Virus record (IMG/VR): IMGVR_UViG_3300019926_000173
Coordinates: 1-52,605 of that record
DNA from: a virus
Taxonomy: Duplodnaviria; Caudoviricetes
DNA: 52,605 bases
Reading direction: 5' to 3' (one strand)
Part shown: in pieces, positions 18,744 through 27,690 of the stretch
Numbering within the stretch: position 1 is the stretch's first letter
Layout of the letters: each line of letters opens with the position of its first letter
Notes under the pieces: generated by a model
What the model was told of the DNA's origin: nothing
The model's database searches: none
Seen by the model: the letters and a program-made list of their open reading frames with translations, nothing else
Translations under genes and position numbers: made by a program

Positions 18744-20545
18744 GAGTCGTTCCCCCGACTGTATGCTTCGAGCTTCATCCCAGCGTCGACACGCTCGGTG
18801 AGCATGTGTCCGTGCACAGTTCCGCCGTTGCTGATACTCCCGCGCTGTTCGTAGAGCGACTGGACCTCACTTGCACTTAGTTCAGTCGTATAGATTCGCG
18901 TATCTGCGATCTTCCCGTCGAAGTACGTATTAATATGCGACCCAATCCCGATCGTGAAATTCCCGGTACTATAGCCAGTGTAGAGGTCGCCAACACCATT
19001 CGAATCTTCCTCCACACCGTCGACGTAGATTCGAGCACTGCCGTTATCTTTCGCCGTTGCAGCGACATGGTGCCAGCTACTATCATCGACGCGTGTCGAG
19101 CCATTGACGAACTCTGTACTTCCGTCGTATGCCCGGAATGATGGCGTTCCGTTTTCGATATACATCTCTTTTTCGTGGGAACCGCCAGTCGGCAAATTAT
19201 CGGAGAATCCGCTGATGGACCCATCGGTCGACGTCTTGACCCATGAACAGATCGTATATTCGCCCGGAAGATTGCCAAAGGGATAATAGACGTAGTCCGA
19301 GAGCCCATCAAAGTCGTAGGCACCAAATCCGATCCCTGATGTTCGTGAAAACGTTGCCCCGTTGCGTGTTCCATTGTGGCCGTATCCAGTGCTATCGAGA
19401 ACGACGTCTGGACCACGAGAGCCGACGACGAATGGCGTTGCGGACTCGCGCTCTTCGATCTGGACCTGGGAGAACTCACACCACTGCTGTGACGTCGAGT
19501 AGCCCCACTGGAGTCCGGGCGTAATGCTCGTATTACTTGTGACACCAACTGGAATCTTGAACCTGTGCCAGTTGCCGTCATTCTGCATCGTTATTCCGTC
19601 GGACCCAGCATTACTCCAGTCTCCGGTAATCCAGTTCTTCGCTGACAGACCGGTCTTACTCGCACTGGATTCAAGCCGGTAGTAGCCAGAGTAAGTGATC
19701 GTATCGCCGGTTGCGACATCAACAGAGTTCGTCCGACCGTGCATTCCGTGCCACTGATTGTCCGTGCCAGTCTTGACGAGACGGACGACCTCCTCTCTCG
19801 GGGCCGAACTATCGAGTTTCGTATTCGTCTCACTGCTGTTGTTCCCACGCCATGCATACGAAGCACCGTCGACGAGATTGTAATCCGGGATGAGATTCGT
19901 CGTCGGCCCCTCCCCGAGTGAGTTCATCTTGTAGTGGAGGGCTGTTCCGCGGGAAAGTTGCTTAATTTGTTTCTTCGAGAGCGCGTGATCGTAGAGGCGA
20001 AGATCATCAATATAATCGTCAATAGAACTATTGCCTAACGTGAGGTCGTTACTTTCGTAACTACCCAACGAAAAATTTCCGTCCGTTGTTTGACGTTTTT
20101 CACCATTGACCCATGCTGAGAGTTCTTCACTATTTTTTCGAATGACAAAATGGAACCATTCGCCTTGACTGATGTTTGAGAAGGTATCCTCAGCGACTTG
20201 GTGATAGTTACCGTCTATATCATACAGTCTGGTCAGATGGCCGGGGCCAGCACCAGCATTATTGTAATCGTCACGGCCGTGTTCGATACGATGGCTTCCT
20301 TTGTTGAGATTATCATTCCACGCACTTTGGTTGCTATTTTGTCGCCACCAGAATACAATTGTAAGTTCTTCCCCTTGGAATGTGGATTGGATTTTCTTAG
20401 AATTCCCAAAGTCAATATTGCCTGAATTAGCGTCGTATGCTCTACCCAACTTCCCGTCAACGTAGTTGGGGGAACCTGATCCATGATTACCACCAATTCG
20501 ATCATTTGCGTTTCCATCAAGAGGCCACCAGCCAACAAGACTCAT
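18740..20545 (-). CDS. LamG adhesin with inserted CBM-like domain (N-terminal half of a split adhesin)
   Basis: Two LamG units; first 26 nt identical to the start of the 18743 gene. Confidence 0.85.
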   Translation of the reverse strand: MSLVGWWPLDGNANDRIGGNHGSGSPNYVDGKLGRAYDANSGNIDFGNSKKIQSTFQGEELTIVFWWRQNSNQSAWNDNLNKGSHRIEHGRDDYNNAGAGPGHLTRLYDIDGNYHQVAEDTFSNISQGEWFHFVIRKNSEELSAWVNGEKRQTTDGNFSLGSYESNDLTLGNSSIDDYIDDLRLYDHALSKKQIKQLSRGTALHYKMNSLGEGPTTNLIPDYNLVDGASYAWRGNNSSETNTKLDSSAPREEVVRLVKTGTDNQWHGMHGRTNSVDVATGDTITYSGYYRLESSASKTGLSAKNWITGDWSNAGSDGITMQNDGNWHRFKIPVGVTSNTSITPGLQWGYSTSQQWCEFSQVQIEERESATPFVVGSRGPDVVLDSTGYGHNGTRNGATFSRTSGIGFGAYDFDGLSDYVYYPFGNLPGEYTICSWVKTSTDGSISGFSDNLPTGGSHEKEMYIENGTPSFRAYDGSTEFVNGSTRVDDSSWHHVAATAKDNGSARIYVDGVEEDSNGVGDLYTGYSTGNFTIGIGSHINTYFDGKIADTRIYTTELSASEVQSLYEQRGSISNGGTVHGHMLTERVDAGMKLEAYSRGNDS

Positions 20546-20551
20546 CGGATA

Positions 20552-21475
20552 CTATCCCGTGTAGTTGAAGTCGAGGCTGTTCGTGTTCGTGTTCTCCTCG
20601 ATCTCGAAATTCGAAAACGTTGCTCTCGAGAGAGCGCCATCTTCGACGGCACCACGAGCATCGCTATCAGTATACTCGGGATGGTGGGCATTAGTATCGC
20701 CAATGTGATCACTAGCAAGCCATGTTCCAGTATCGTCTAGGTAAACGTCGGATGTGACGAGCTCGTGTCGTGTCCCGCCACCATCAACGAGTTCGATCCA
20801 GTCGGTATCATTGTCGAAATCGAAGAATAGCCCACTTCCACCGACTTGGCTTGCACTTTGGAGTGCTGTTCGGGCGTCTCCATCTGTATACTCTGGGTGG
20901 TGGGCATCCGGATCACTATCTGGCGAGACGTCGCTCAGTTCACTTGCGCTCGATGTCTTCGAGTGATGTGCATTAGAATCGCTGTCCGGTGAAACGTCAC
21001 TCAGGTCGCTCGCACTGGATGTTTTCGAGTGGTGCGCGTCCGACGTACTATCCGGTGAGACGTCACTCAGTTCGCTTGCACTGCTCGTCTTCGAGTGCGT
21101 GTCTGCTTCTGGGTTGTAGTTACTCGACTCCAGCTTATCATTGAGCTCTGTCTCGATGTCGCCAAACATCTTGGCTGTCGGGCTCAACTGGAGCGAAGAC
21201 GGATTCGGATGGGAGGCCCCGGTCGTCCCCTCCTGTCCGCGCGAGATCGTCAGCGTATCGTTCGTCGTATCCTGCCCGGTGACCCGCACGATCTCCACGT
21301 TGCTGTCGTTGTCGGGTCGAGGATGGCTATTTGCGTCCCACAGAACGAGATTATATTGGCTGCTACTCGGATCCGGGAAGATAGACGCATTCGCGACGCT
21401 AATCGTTGTCTGCGTACTATCTATCGATTCGGCTGTTTCGCCACGGATGAAGTTGGAGACTTGGTCGAGTGCCAT
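20552..21475 (-). CDS. Tail-fibre-like protein with His-containing repeats
   Basis: EIVRVTG..LTISRGQEGTT N-terminal motif; 3x HSKTSSASELSDVSPDS.AH (66 bp); 2x AHHPEYTD.DAR. Confidence 0.75.
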   Translation of the reverse strand: MALDQVSNFIRGETAESIDSTQTTISVANASIFPDPSSSQYNLVLWDANSHPRPDNDSNVEIVRVTGQDTTNDTLTISRGQEGTTGASHPNPSSLQLSPTAKMFGDIETELNDKLESSNYNPEADTHSKTSSASELSDVSPDSTSDAHHSKTSSASDLSDVSPDSDSNAHHSKTSSASELSDVSPDSDPDAHHPEYTDGDARTALQSASQVGGSGLFFDFDNDTDWIELVDGGGTRHELVTSDVYLDDTGTWLASDHIGDTNAHHPEYTDSDARGAVEDGALSRATFSNFEIEENTNTNSLDFNYTG

Positions 21476-21676
21476 GTAAAATTAGAACCGCAAGATGAGC
21501 GTTTGAAGCGACTGTTTGACACAGCCCCCCTATCCGTGACAATACGGAGAATGCGACAGTGGTGAATGCAGTAGTCCTATCGTGTAACTATGTATTGTCT
21601 GACTGGTCGTCGGCGTCAGATTCAACGACATCCGCTGTTGCCTCGAGGGGCGCTATGTCAAGTAACATCTGCCCGA

Positions 21677-22120
21677 TTACGTCAGGCTCAGACCAGCACC
21701 GCTCAGGGTAAACTGGTCGATGTCGCCCAGATCGTAGGACTGGTTCAGACTACCAGTAAAGAGCAAGTGATCGGTTGCACTGGAGTCACCTTTGTCGTCG
21801 GAATTGAAGTTGACGACGACTGCATAGGCGTCAACAGCCTGCGTCGAGTCGGTCGTGTCGAAGGTCTGGTCGGCGATGATCGCTTCCCAGTCGCCTCCAT
21901 TGTCCTGGGTCGAGAGATCTCCGCCGAACGAGGCCGTCTGCCGGGCGAATGCACCGCCAGTGGGCTCGGTCGTAATGTCGCCGATGTCGCTGGCGTCAGT
22001 CAGCGCGTCGGTACTGTCGTTGAATAGTGTGACGTCGATGCTAGCAGGTTTCGAGATAGACTCGGCAAAGAAGTCGTCAAGAATGATCTCCTCGCCGGTA
22101 TCATGCAATTGCGTGACCAT
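21677..22120 (-). CDS. Putative virion structural (fibre-attachment) protein
   Basis: LFNDSTD.L..ITTEPTGG.FARQ pattern; first gene of the fibre cluster. Confidence 0.6.
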   Translation of the reverse strand: MVTQLHDTGEEIILDDFFAESISKPASIDVTLFNDSTDALTDASDIGDITTEPTGGAFARQTASFGGDLSTQDNGGDWEAIIADQTFDTTDSTQAVDAYAVVVNFNSDDKGDSSATDHLLFTGSLNQSYDLGDIDQFTLSGAGLSLT

Positions 22121-22195
22121 ATGTTGTGTAAATAAGTTATTGTCTAAACGTTTGTTTAGTTATTCTGAGTGCGACGAATGAACTACAACGCGAAA

Positions 22196-22573
22196 TTAGT
22201 CGATCGTCGACTCGCCGATCTGGGCCATCCGTCGGAGCCGAACCGTATGCCGGGGCTTCGTCACCAACACAGCCTCGTCCGAGGGCGGATGTGGGATACT
22301 GAGCGAATCCATCCGATCGAAGGAGAGCTCGAGGGTATCGAGGCGAACATTGTCGTCCGGGTAGACTTCGAAATGGACGCCGTCGTCCGGCAGTCGAGCG
22401 TACACAGGCTGGGGTGAGCCTGCCTGGGCGTCAGGACGCCTCAGCAGGTCGTCATACAGTTCCGTGTTGATCCGAGGGTACTCGGCTTCGCTCGGAGTCA
22501 CACGGAGCTCAATCAGGTCATAGGCCTCTGAGAAGTGCATGGCAGTTGGCGGGTTTGCCTCGAAGGTCGACAT
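22196..22573 (-). CDS. Hypothetical protein
   Basis: ATG 22573 adjacent to the upstream stop; acidic. Confidence 0.7.
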   Translation of the reverse strand: MSTFEANPPTAMHFSEAYDLIELRVTPSEAEYPRINTELYDDLLRRPDAQAGSPQPVYARLPDDGVHFEVYPDDNVRLDTLELSFDRMDSLSIPHPPSDEAVLVTKPRHTVRLRRMAQIGESTID

Positions 22574-22574
22574 C

Positions 22575-23666
22575 TCAGGCACCTCCCGAGAGAAGCTTGG
22601 CAATCGACTCGGCTGCCTCTTCCTCGACATCGTCATCGTCGAGGATTTCCAACTCATTCAGCTTCTTCAGAATGTCCCTGTCGAGCCGGGAGTACGGAAG
22701 GTTGACTGGGTGCTCCTCGACGGAGGTAATCTCTTCTTTGGTATCCTCGTCGTAGTCGACGGTCTGCTCTTTCGTGAGTCCCGTGATCTCACCGTCCTCG
22801 ACGAACTCGTCGAGTGAGCCCATGGCTCGGTGCTGGTCGATGGCCGTTCGATAGAGTTCGTTGAACTTGGCCTGGTGATCGCGACCGAAGGGGGCATCCT
22901 CGAGCCAGGAGTTGACCATTCCCTCGATGAAGGCCCGATCTTCCTGGTCGAGCGCTTCCCAGTAATTCGTTCGCTGGGCGAACAGGCCATGCGTCATCCC
23001 GTACGTGTTGCCGTTGTTGGGGTGCTCGCCCTCTGCGAAGTCCTGCTTGTCGGCATGATCGTTGCAATGCGTCTTCCCGTCTTCGCTCAACGGGTACCGC
23101 TCACAGTATCCGACGTGCTCGTTGTACCGATTGGTGACGTTGTGCGGAGCGGAACCATCGATATGGATCCACGTCGCCGTGCCTGCCTCGATGGCAGTCA
23201 TATCCTCGTCTTCGAGCTCGCCGAGTTCCTTCGACTGATACGTCATGTCGGGCTCCTCGACGGGAGGCCGATTCTGATCTACCGCAGTAACTGCCTCCGA
23301 CGCACGCATGGCGTCGGCGGTCGGGATCGAGTCTCCGTCGCCAGCACCGGGGGTGACGTCTGCCCCAAGGGCGACGGCGTCGAGGACGTAATCGTCCCAG
23401 AGCCATTTCCGAAGGGTGCGATAGTCGGGTACAACCTCGACGATGTGTGAGGGATCGTCGGCTGTATCGACAAAGCGACAGAGGACAACAGACCCAGACT
23501 GATCAGTTACCTCGAGCGCATCATCGTGGCCACTATCTGATGCGCCGAGTGTAATCTCGACTCCCAGTTTGTGCGTAATGTTGGCTGCGCACCGATCCGG
23601 GAGTGGTTCTGAGCTGACCATTGCGACGTGATCGCCCTCGGAGAGGGCGAGTCCCAGTACGGCCAT
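22575..23666 (-). CDS. Terminase small subunit-like protein (start uncertain)
   Basis: GYCERYP..HCNDH..GNTYGMTHGLFA resembles the C..C.H..GN.NA.KHGL motif of TerS-like proteins. The 5' part overlaps a structured element, so the true start may be downstream. Confidence 0.6.
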   Translation of the reverse strand: MAVLGLALSEGDHVAMVSSEPLPDRCAANITHKLGVEITLGASDSGHDDALEVTDQSGSVVLCRFVDTADDPSHIVEVVPDYRTLRKWLWDDYVLDAVALGADVTPGAGDGDSIPTADAMRASEAVTAVDQNRPPVEEPDMTYQSKELGELEDEDMTAIEAGTATWIHIDGSAPHNVTNRYNEHVGYCERYPLSEDGKTHCNDHADKQDFAEGEHPNNGNTYGMTHGLFAQRTNYWEALDQEDRAFIEGMVNSWLEDAPFGRDHQAKFNELYRTAIDQHRAMGSLDEFVEDGEITGLTKEQTVDYDEDTKEEITSVEEHPVNLPYSRLDRDILKKLNELEILDDDDVEEEAAESIAKLLSGGA

Positions 23667-23685
23667 CGCAAAGCGATGCGCCGAC
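23560..23685 (+). ncRNA. Candidate structured element, copy A
   Basis: 42/44 nt identical to 39699-39742; stacked hairpins. Confidence 0.45.
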
Positions 23686-23904
23686 GTGTGACAAAATACG
23701 AGACTGCGTTTCAGAAAAACGGAAAGATGGAAAAGAGATGGAGCGGTCCGACCCGACGATAATTAGTTCGTGGAGATTATCGATGAGAGACGTGGTGAGT
23801 CAACAGACGAGCAGTCTCGGACGCGCCCAGTAGCCAGAGACGAAAGAGGAGAAAGAAAATAGTGTAGCCATCCGGACGGGAAATGGGAGACTCCTGTCTG
23901 CATG

Positions 23905-23932
23905 AATCCGTAGTCCGTGCGGTCCTTTTAAG
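23905..23932 (-). promoter_or_regulatory. Late-type promoter upstream of the TerS-like gene
   Basis: CTTAAAAGgaccgcacgGACTACgGATT. Confidence 0.6.
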
Positions 23933-23955
23933 CAGGACTGGACTACGATACCCCG

Positions 23956-25074
23956 TTACTCGTCGTCGCTGGAGAGCTTGCTCAGTGCGGAGATTCCGAC
24001 CAGGCTGACGATGATACCACTAAGGCCACCGATGATCATATCATCAGTGAGCAGGCGGGAGTCACCAGACTGGGTCGTGGTCGGCCCCGAGGCACTCTCG
24101 GTCGATCGGGGCCGAAGTGATCGGGTCGGCGTCGATGGGGGCTGCGTCGGGGTCGACTGGTCCGGCGTCTGGGTCGACGGATCCTCCGGTGTTGGCGTCT
24201 CCAGTCCGGGGGTTGGCGTCGTCGGCGTTGGGTCCGGACTCGACATCTGGTCCGGTGATTCGACGAACTCGACGAAATAGGTCCCTGGGAGATCTTCCTC
24301 GTCCCAGCCAACAACGTCGATCGTGTAGGTCCCAGACGATTGCAATGTCGTCGCCAGTGTTGGCTTGAGAGAGTAATGTGCCTTGTCCGATTGGAATTCA
24401 TCAGTCTCGTCGACGACGTTTCCATCCGGGTCGCGCAGACGGAGTGAGAAGTATTTCTCACTCAACCTGAGAACAATCGAATCACCGTAGCTCCCCTCGA
24501 ATGTGACCGACTCGACAGTTGATTCTGTCTGTCCGTATCTGGTCGTCGTTGAATCCGTCCGTTCGATAGTTCCACCACGATACTCGCCGTACTCGATCGT
24601 CTCGAGATCAGTGACGATATTGCTGAACCGAAGCGTAAATTCGCCCGTCGAGCGGGCGTATTCGGTTGTGACGTAGACTGTGTAGGTCCCAGTCAATTCG
24701 AGCGTCTGGTCGATACTGGCGACACGTCCGCTCGTTTCTTCGACGATTGCCCCGTCTGGATCAACGAGTCGGACCCGTGGGTTGACGTTGCTTGATTTGG
24801 TTCTCACGAGGAGGTGGATCTGGTCACCAGCGCGCCCACTAATATCATCACCACCGTAGCCGGCAAATTCGTACTTCTCAGTGTAGTGATCTTCCGTATC
24901 GAACGGCGTCGTCGAATGCATGGACGTTAGCTCCTCCGTGAACTGATCACCGTATTCGATCGTATCCGCTGGAATGGTAGTTGATTGGCCCGAGACAGTG
25001 GGGACGAGTAGCGACGTACCGGCTGCTGCTGTTCCAGCAAGAAGCTGCCGACGGCTGAGACTACGGTGGTCCAT
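23956..25074 (-). CDS. Tat-exported, membrane-anchored surface protein with 2 PPC-like domains
   Basis: SRRQLL Tat motif plus h-region; two RLVDPDG..GTYT domains; Pro/Thr linker; C-terminal TM helix. Confidence 0.85.
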   Translation of the reverse strand: MDHRSLSRRQLLAGTAAAGTSLLVPTVSGQSTTIPADTIEYGDQFTEELTSMHSTTPFDTEDHYTEKYEFAGYGGDDISGRAGDQIHLLVRTKSSNVNPRVRLVDPDGAIVEETSGRVASIDQTLELTGTYTVYVTTEYARSTGEFTLRFSNIVTDLETIEYGEYRGGTIERTDSTTTRYGQTESTVESVTFEGSYGDSIVLRLSEKYFSLRLRDPDGNVVDETDEFQSDKAHYSLKPTLATTLQSSGTYTIDVVGWDEEDLPGTYFVEFVESPDQMSSPDPTPTTPTPGLETPTPEDPSTQTPDQSTPTQPPSTPTRSLRPRSTESASGPTTTQSGDSRLLTDDMIIGGLSGIIVSLVGISALSKLSSDDE

Positions 25075-25132
25075 TTGTTCTATTACTGACTACATATGCA
25101 GGCTAGAAAAAAGTATTGCAGATGAGTATGCG

Positions 25133-26041
25133 TTAGTCACGACCATCGAGAACGAGCTCGCTGTCGTTTTTCCGAATGAGCGTCCGTGTATCGACGATAT
25201 CCTTCCGATCGAGCTCGAGGTCGTCGAGAAGATCCTGCGTGCCAGCCCGATTGATCGCTCGTCGCTCGATCGCGTCAGCTGGATCCTCGTTTTCGAACTG
25301 CCGGACGTCCTTATCGATATACATCGTCAGGATTGCAACGATCAGGCACTCGGTCGTGATATGGCCAGCTTTGTACGGGCCAACGTCCAGGTGCTCTATC
25401 GTATAGATTGCCTCCTGTTTGTGTTGCTCACTGGCACCCATTTCCCCGCCGAAGGTTTCGACCCATCGTCGCTTATCTGCGTCTGCATTCTGGCTGGCAC
25501 GGGACTCGATCTTCGAGTGCATTCCGTCGTTCCACTTTGCGAGTTTCTCCCAGCCTCGTTTGAGCTCGGACGGTCGGCCCTTCTGTGAGGGCCCATCGGT
25601 CGACGTGTCGCTCGCATAGAATGTTGTTCGTGTCGTCGACCGGCCATCGTTTGGGCCATCGGTCGACGTTTCAGCAACCCAGGCCTCTTCTCGTGAGAGG
25701 GCGCCGTGTCCACCCTGTCGGTCGAGAGGGTCCACCGCAACGCGCTCCAGGGCTTTGCGGTCGACATCCTGGCCCGGTGCGATCGTATCTTCGTGATCCG
25801 TTGCAGGGCGCTGGGTCGTCCAGGCAGCCTCATCTGGGTAATTTTGATCCTGTGGAGGCCCCTTTGCCTCATCATTGTATTCCTGTGATTCGGCAATATC
25901 GGACCTCCCGTATTTGGCGCCACCCATGTCGTCCGTTGCGCCCGTTTGGGTATCGTTGGCACTGTCCGATGCAACTACGTCCTCGTCCTCGTCCGAGTGA
26001 GTATCAGTTTCGTGTGACGATACTCTGTCGGTAGAAACCAT
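25133..26041 (-). CDS. Divergent TFB-like (cyclin-fold) transcription factor
   Basis: TRTTF..WEKLAKWN..KRRWVETFGGEMG..HKQEA..TECLIVAIL resembles the TFB linker plus first cyclin repeat; no Zn ribbon. Confidence 0.5.
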   Translation of the reverse strand: MVSTDRVSSHETDTHSDEDEDVVASDSANDTQTGATDDMGGAKYGRSDIAESQEYNDEAKGPPQDQNYPDEAAWTTQRPATDHEDTIAPGQDVDRKALERVAVDPLDRQGGHGALSREEAWVAETSTDGPNDGRSTTRTTFYASDTSTDGPSQKGRPSELKRGWEKLAKWNDGMHSKIESRASQNADADKRRWVETFGGEMGASEQHKQEAIYTIEHLDVGPYKAGHITTECLIVAILTMYIDKDVRQFENEDPADAIERRAINRAGTQDLLDDLELDRKDIVDTRTLIRKNDSELVLDGRD

Positions 26042-26526
26042 GTGCGACTAATAGACGATGCGTGCGACACAGTAGAAATGATCCGCAACGCACCGAAAAC
26101 TGAATCGAAAGCGAAGAGCGGGGTGGGGTGGAAGTGACTGTGACCGCTCGTGTACCATCACAACAGCACCAATGTGGGAAGACAGTGATGCGGTGTTCTG
26201 ATTGAATGGGGCGTGCTCACCAGCCTCTGTGTCAGCGAGGGTGTGCGGTGCAAGTGGTGCCTGTTGTGATGTATCTCGATATATGTCGGCTATGCACTTA
26301 TACCTGTTGGGTACGACTATGCAATCGTGGGGCGCGATCGTGGTGGCGCCGAGGTGGTCGGGCGCAACAGAGCTGTCCAGGTTCGGCGGACCAACCGCGA
26401 AATTCTGGTGTGAGAACAGGTGGATTAAATTCGTAGGGTTCCCCCGTGTGGAGGAGCTACAAGAAGGGGTGGTATCCTTTTAAAAACCAGCCGTTGGATA
26501 CCACTATCCGACAGACAGGTGCACAC

Positions 26527-26802
26527 GGGGACGTCGTCGGGCGTGGGGGGCTTCTATCCGACAGTTTGACGTCGACTAGGACTCGAACGAGAACGGTGGT
26601 TGGTGGGCAGGCGCTCGCCGTCGTCCGGGTAGCCGGTCGCCTCTCCGGAGCTCACATTATCACCGTTTCGGTCAACCCGCAACCGAAACGGCGATAAAGT
26701 TCGCCCGATGCGACCGGCCCCCATCCTTTGGGCGCGCGCCTTCATCCAGGTGCCGACGAGTAGCGCGCCTCAGTAAACTGGAGGCGCGCGACGTCGTCTC
26801 CC
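26527..26802 (+). ncRNA. Candidate structured RNA
   Basis: Multiple long stems in non-coding DNA; TTTTAAAA at 26478. Confidence 0.35.
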
Positions 26803-26914
26803 AGGTAATTATGTCTGTAAAAAACCTACGCGGAAGTCAGTCGTGTCAGCTATGCAAATATCGATTCCGAGTCGAAGACCTGGTCGGGGCAGTCGAGTTC
26901 GTGGAGTGCCCCCA

Positions 26915-27121
26915 ATGCGAAACGCAGACGGAGGTGTCACTGTAGATATGAATGGAAAGAAACAGCTACTCACCTGTCCGGGGTGTGGCCAGTCGAAGAT
27001 GGTGCCAGCACACATTGCACGCAAGCGTGAGGAATACGGGTACGAATGCGCACCCTGTAAGAAAGACATTCCAAGCCCGGAAGACATGGCCACGGAAGAG
27101 CCGGACGACATCATCCTCTAG
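26915..27121 (+). CDS. Small CxxC zinc-finger protein
   Basis: CPGC..CAPC; followed by a T7 tract. Confidence 0.6.
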   Translation: MRNADGGVTVDMNGKKQLLTCPGCGQSKMVPAHIARKREEYGYECAPCKKDIPSPEDMATEEPDDIIL

Positions 27122-27136
27122 GCCCCACCGGACGCT

Positions 27137-27143
27137 TTTTTTA
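27137..27143 (+). terminator. Oligo-T terminator
   Basis: TTTTTTT ~15 nt after the stop. Confidence 0.45.
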
Positions 27144-27347
27144 TGCCCTGATCGAAATAAGAGCTGGTCCGATCCTATATTGTGGCCGGGTCTGTGCTGA
27201 CGGTTGCACGTGTTCGGATGAACGACCAGCGCACGCGTTACTCGCGCGCGGAACTGGATTAACGCCCTCGCGAGTGCGCTGACGCTGGCACTCGCTCGGG
27301 CTCCGTGGACAGTCGCCTTTGTCTGGAGGGACGGAGTCGACGTGAAC

Positions 27348-27690
27348 GACGACGTGGTCGACGTAGGACTAGACAGAGACGATGTCGACGTTGAAGACGA
27401 CGTGGTCGACGTAGGACTAGACAGAGACGAGGTCGACGTGAACGAAAACGTGGACAGCGTCGGAGTAACTAGCGATGTAGTCGACGCGAACGTGGACGTG
27501 GCTTGCGTGGGAGGCGACGAGGCTGCCATCAGCATGAACGTATGCGTGGAGTCGGTCCGATGTGGCGAGGGTGGACGTCCACTCGACGCAGACGGTGGGA
27601 CCGCTATCGGGAGCAACGGGACTGCTGACGTCGACACGAACGGTGGCACCGCTGTCGGGAGAAACGGGGCTGCTGTCGACACGAACGATG
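27348..27690 (+). repeat. Two pairs of 48-bp-period direct repeats
   Basis: GACGACGTGGTCGACGTAGGACTAGACAGAGACGA at 27348 and 27396; ACGGTGG.ACCGCT.TCGGGAG at 27592 and 27640. Confidence 0.8.

Noticed and set aside
15715-18755. Gene B as a canonical bulge-helix-bulge archaeal intron
   Set aside because: GAGT/ACTC can pair next to a TAA bulge, but the 4-bp central helix (TCAT versus CGAT) does not pair, so there is no canonical BHB
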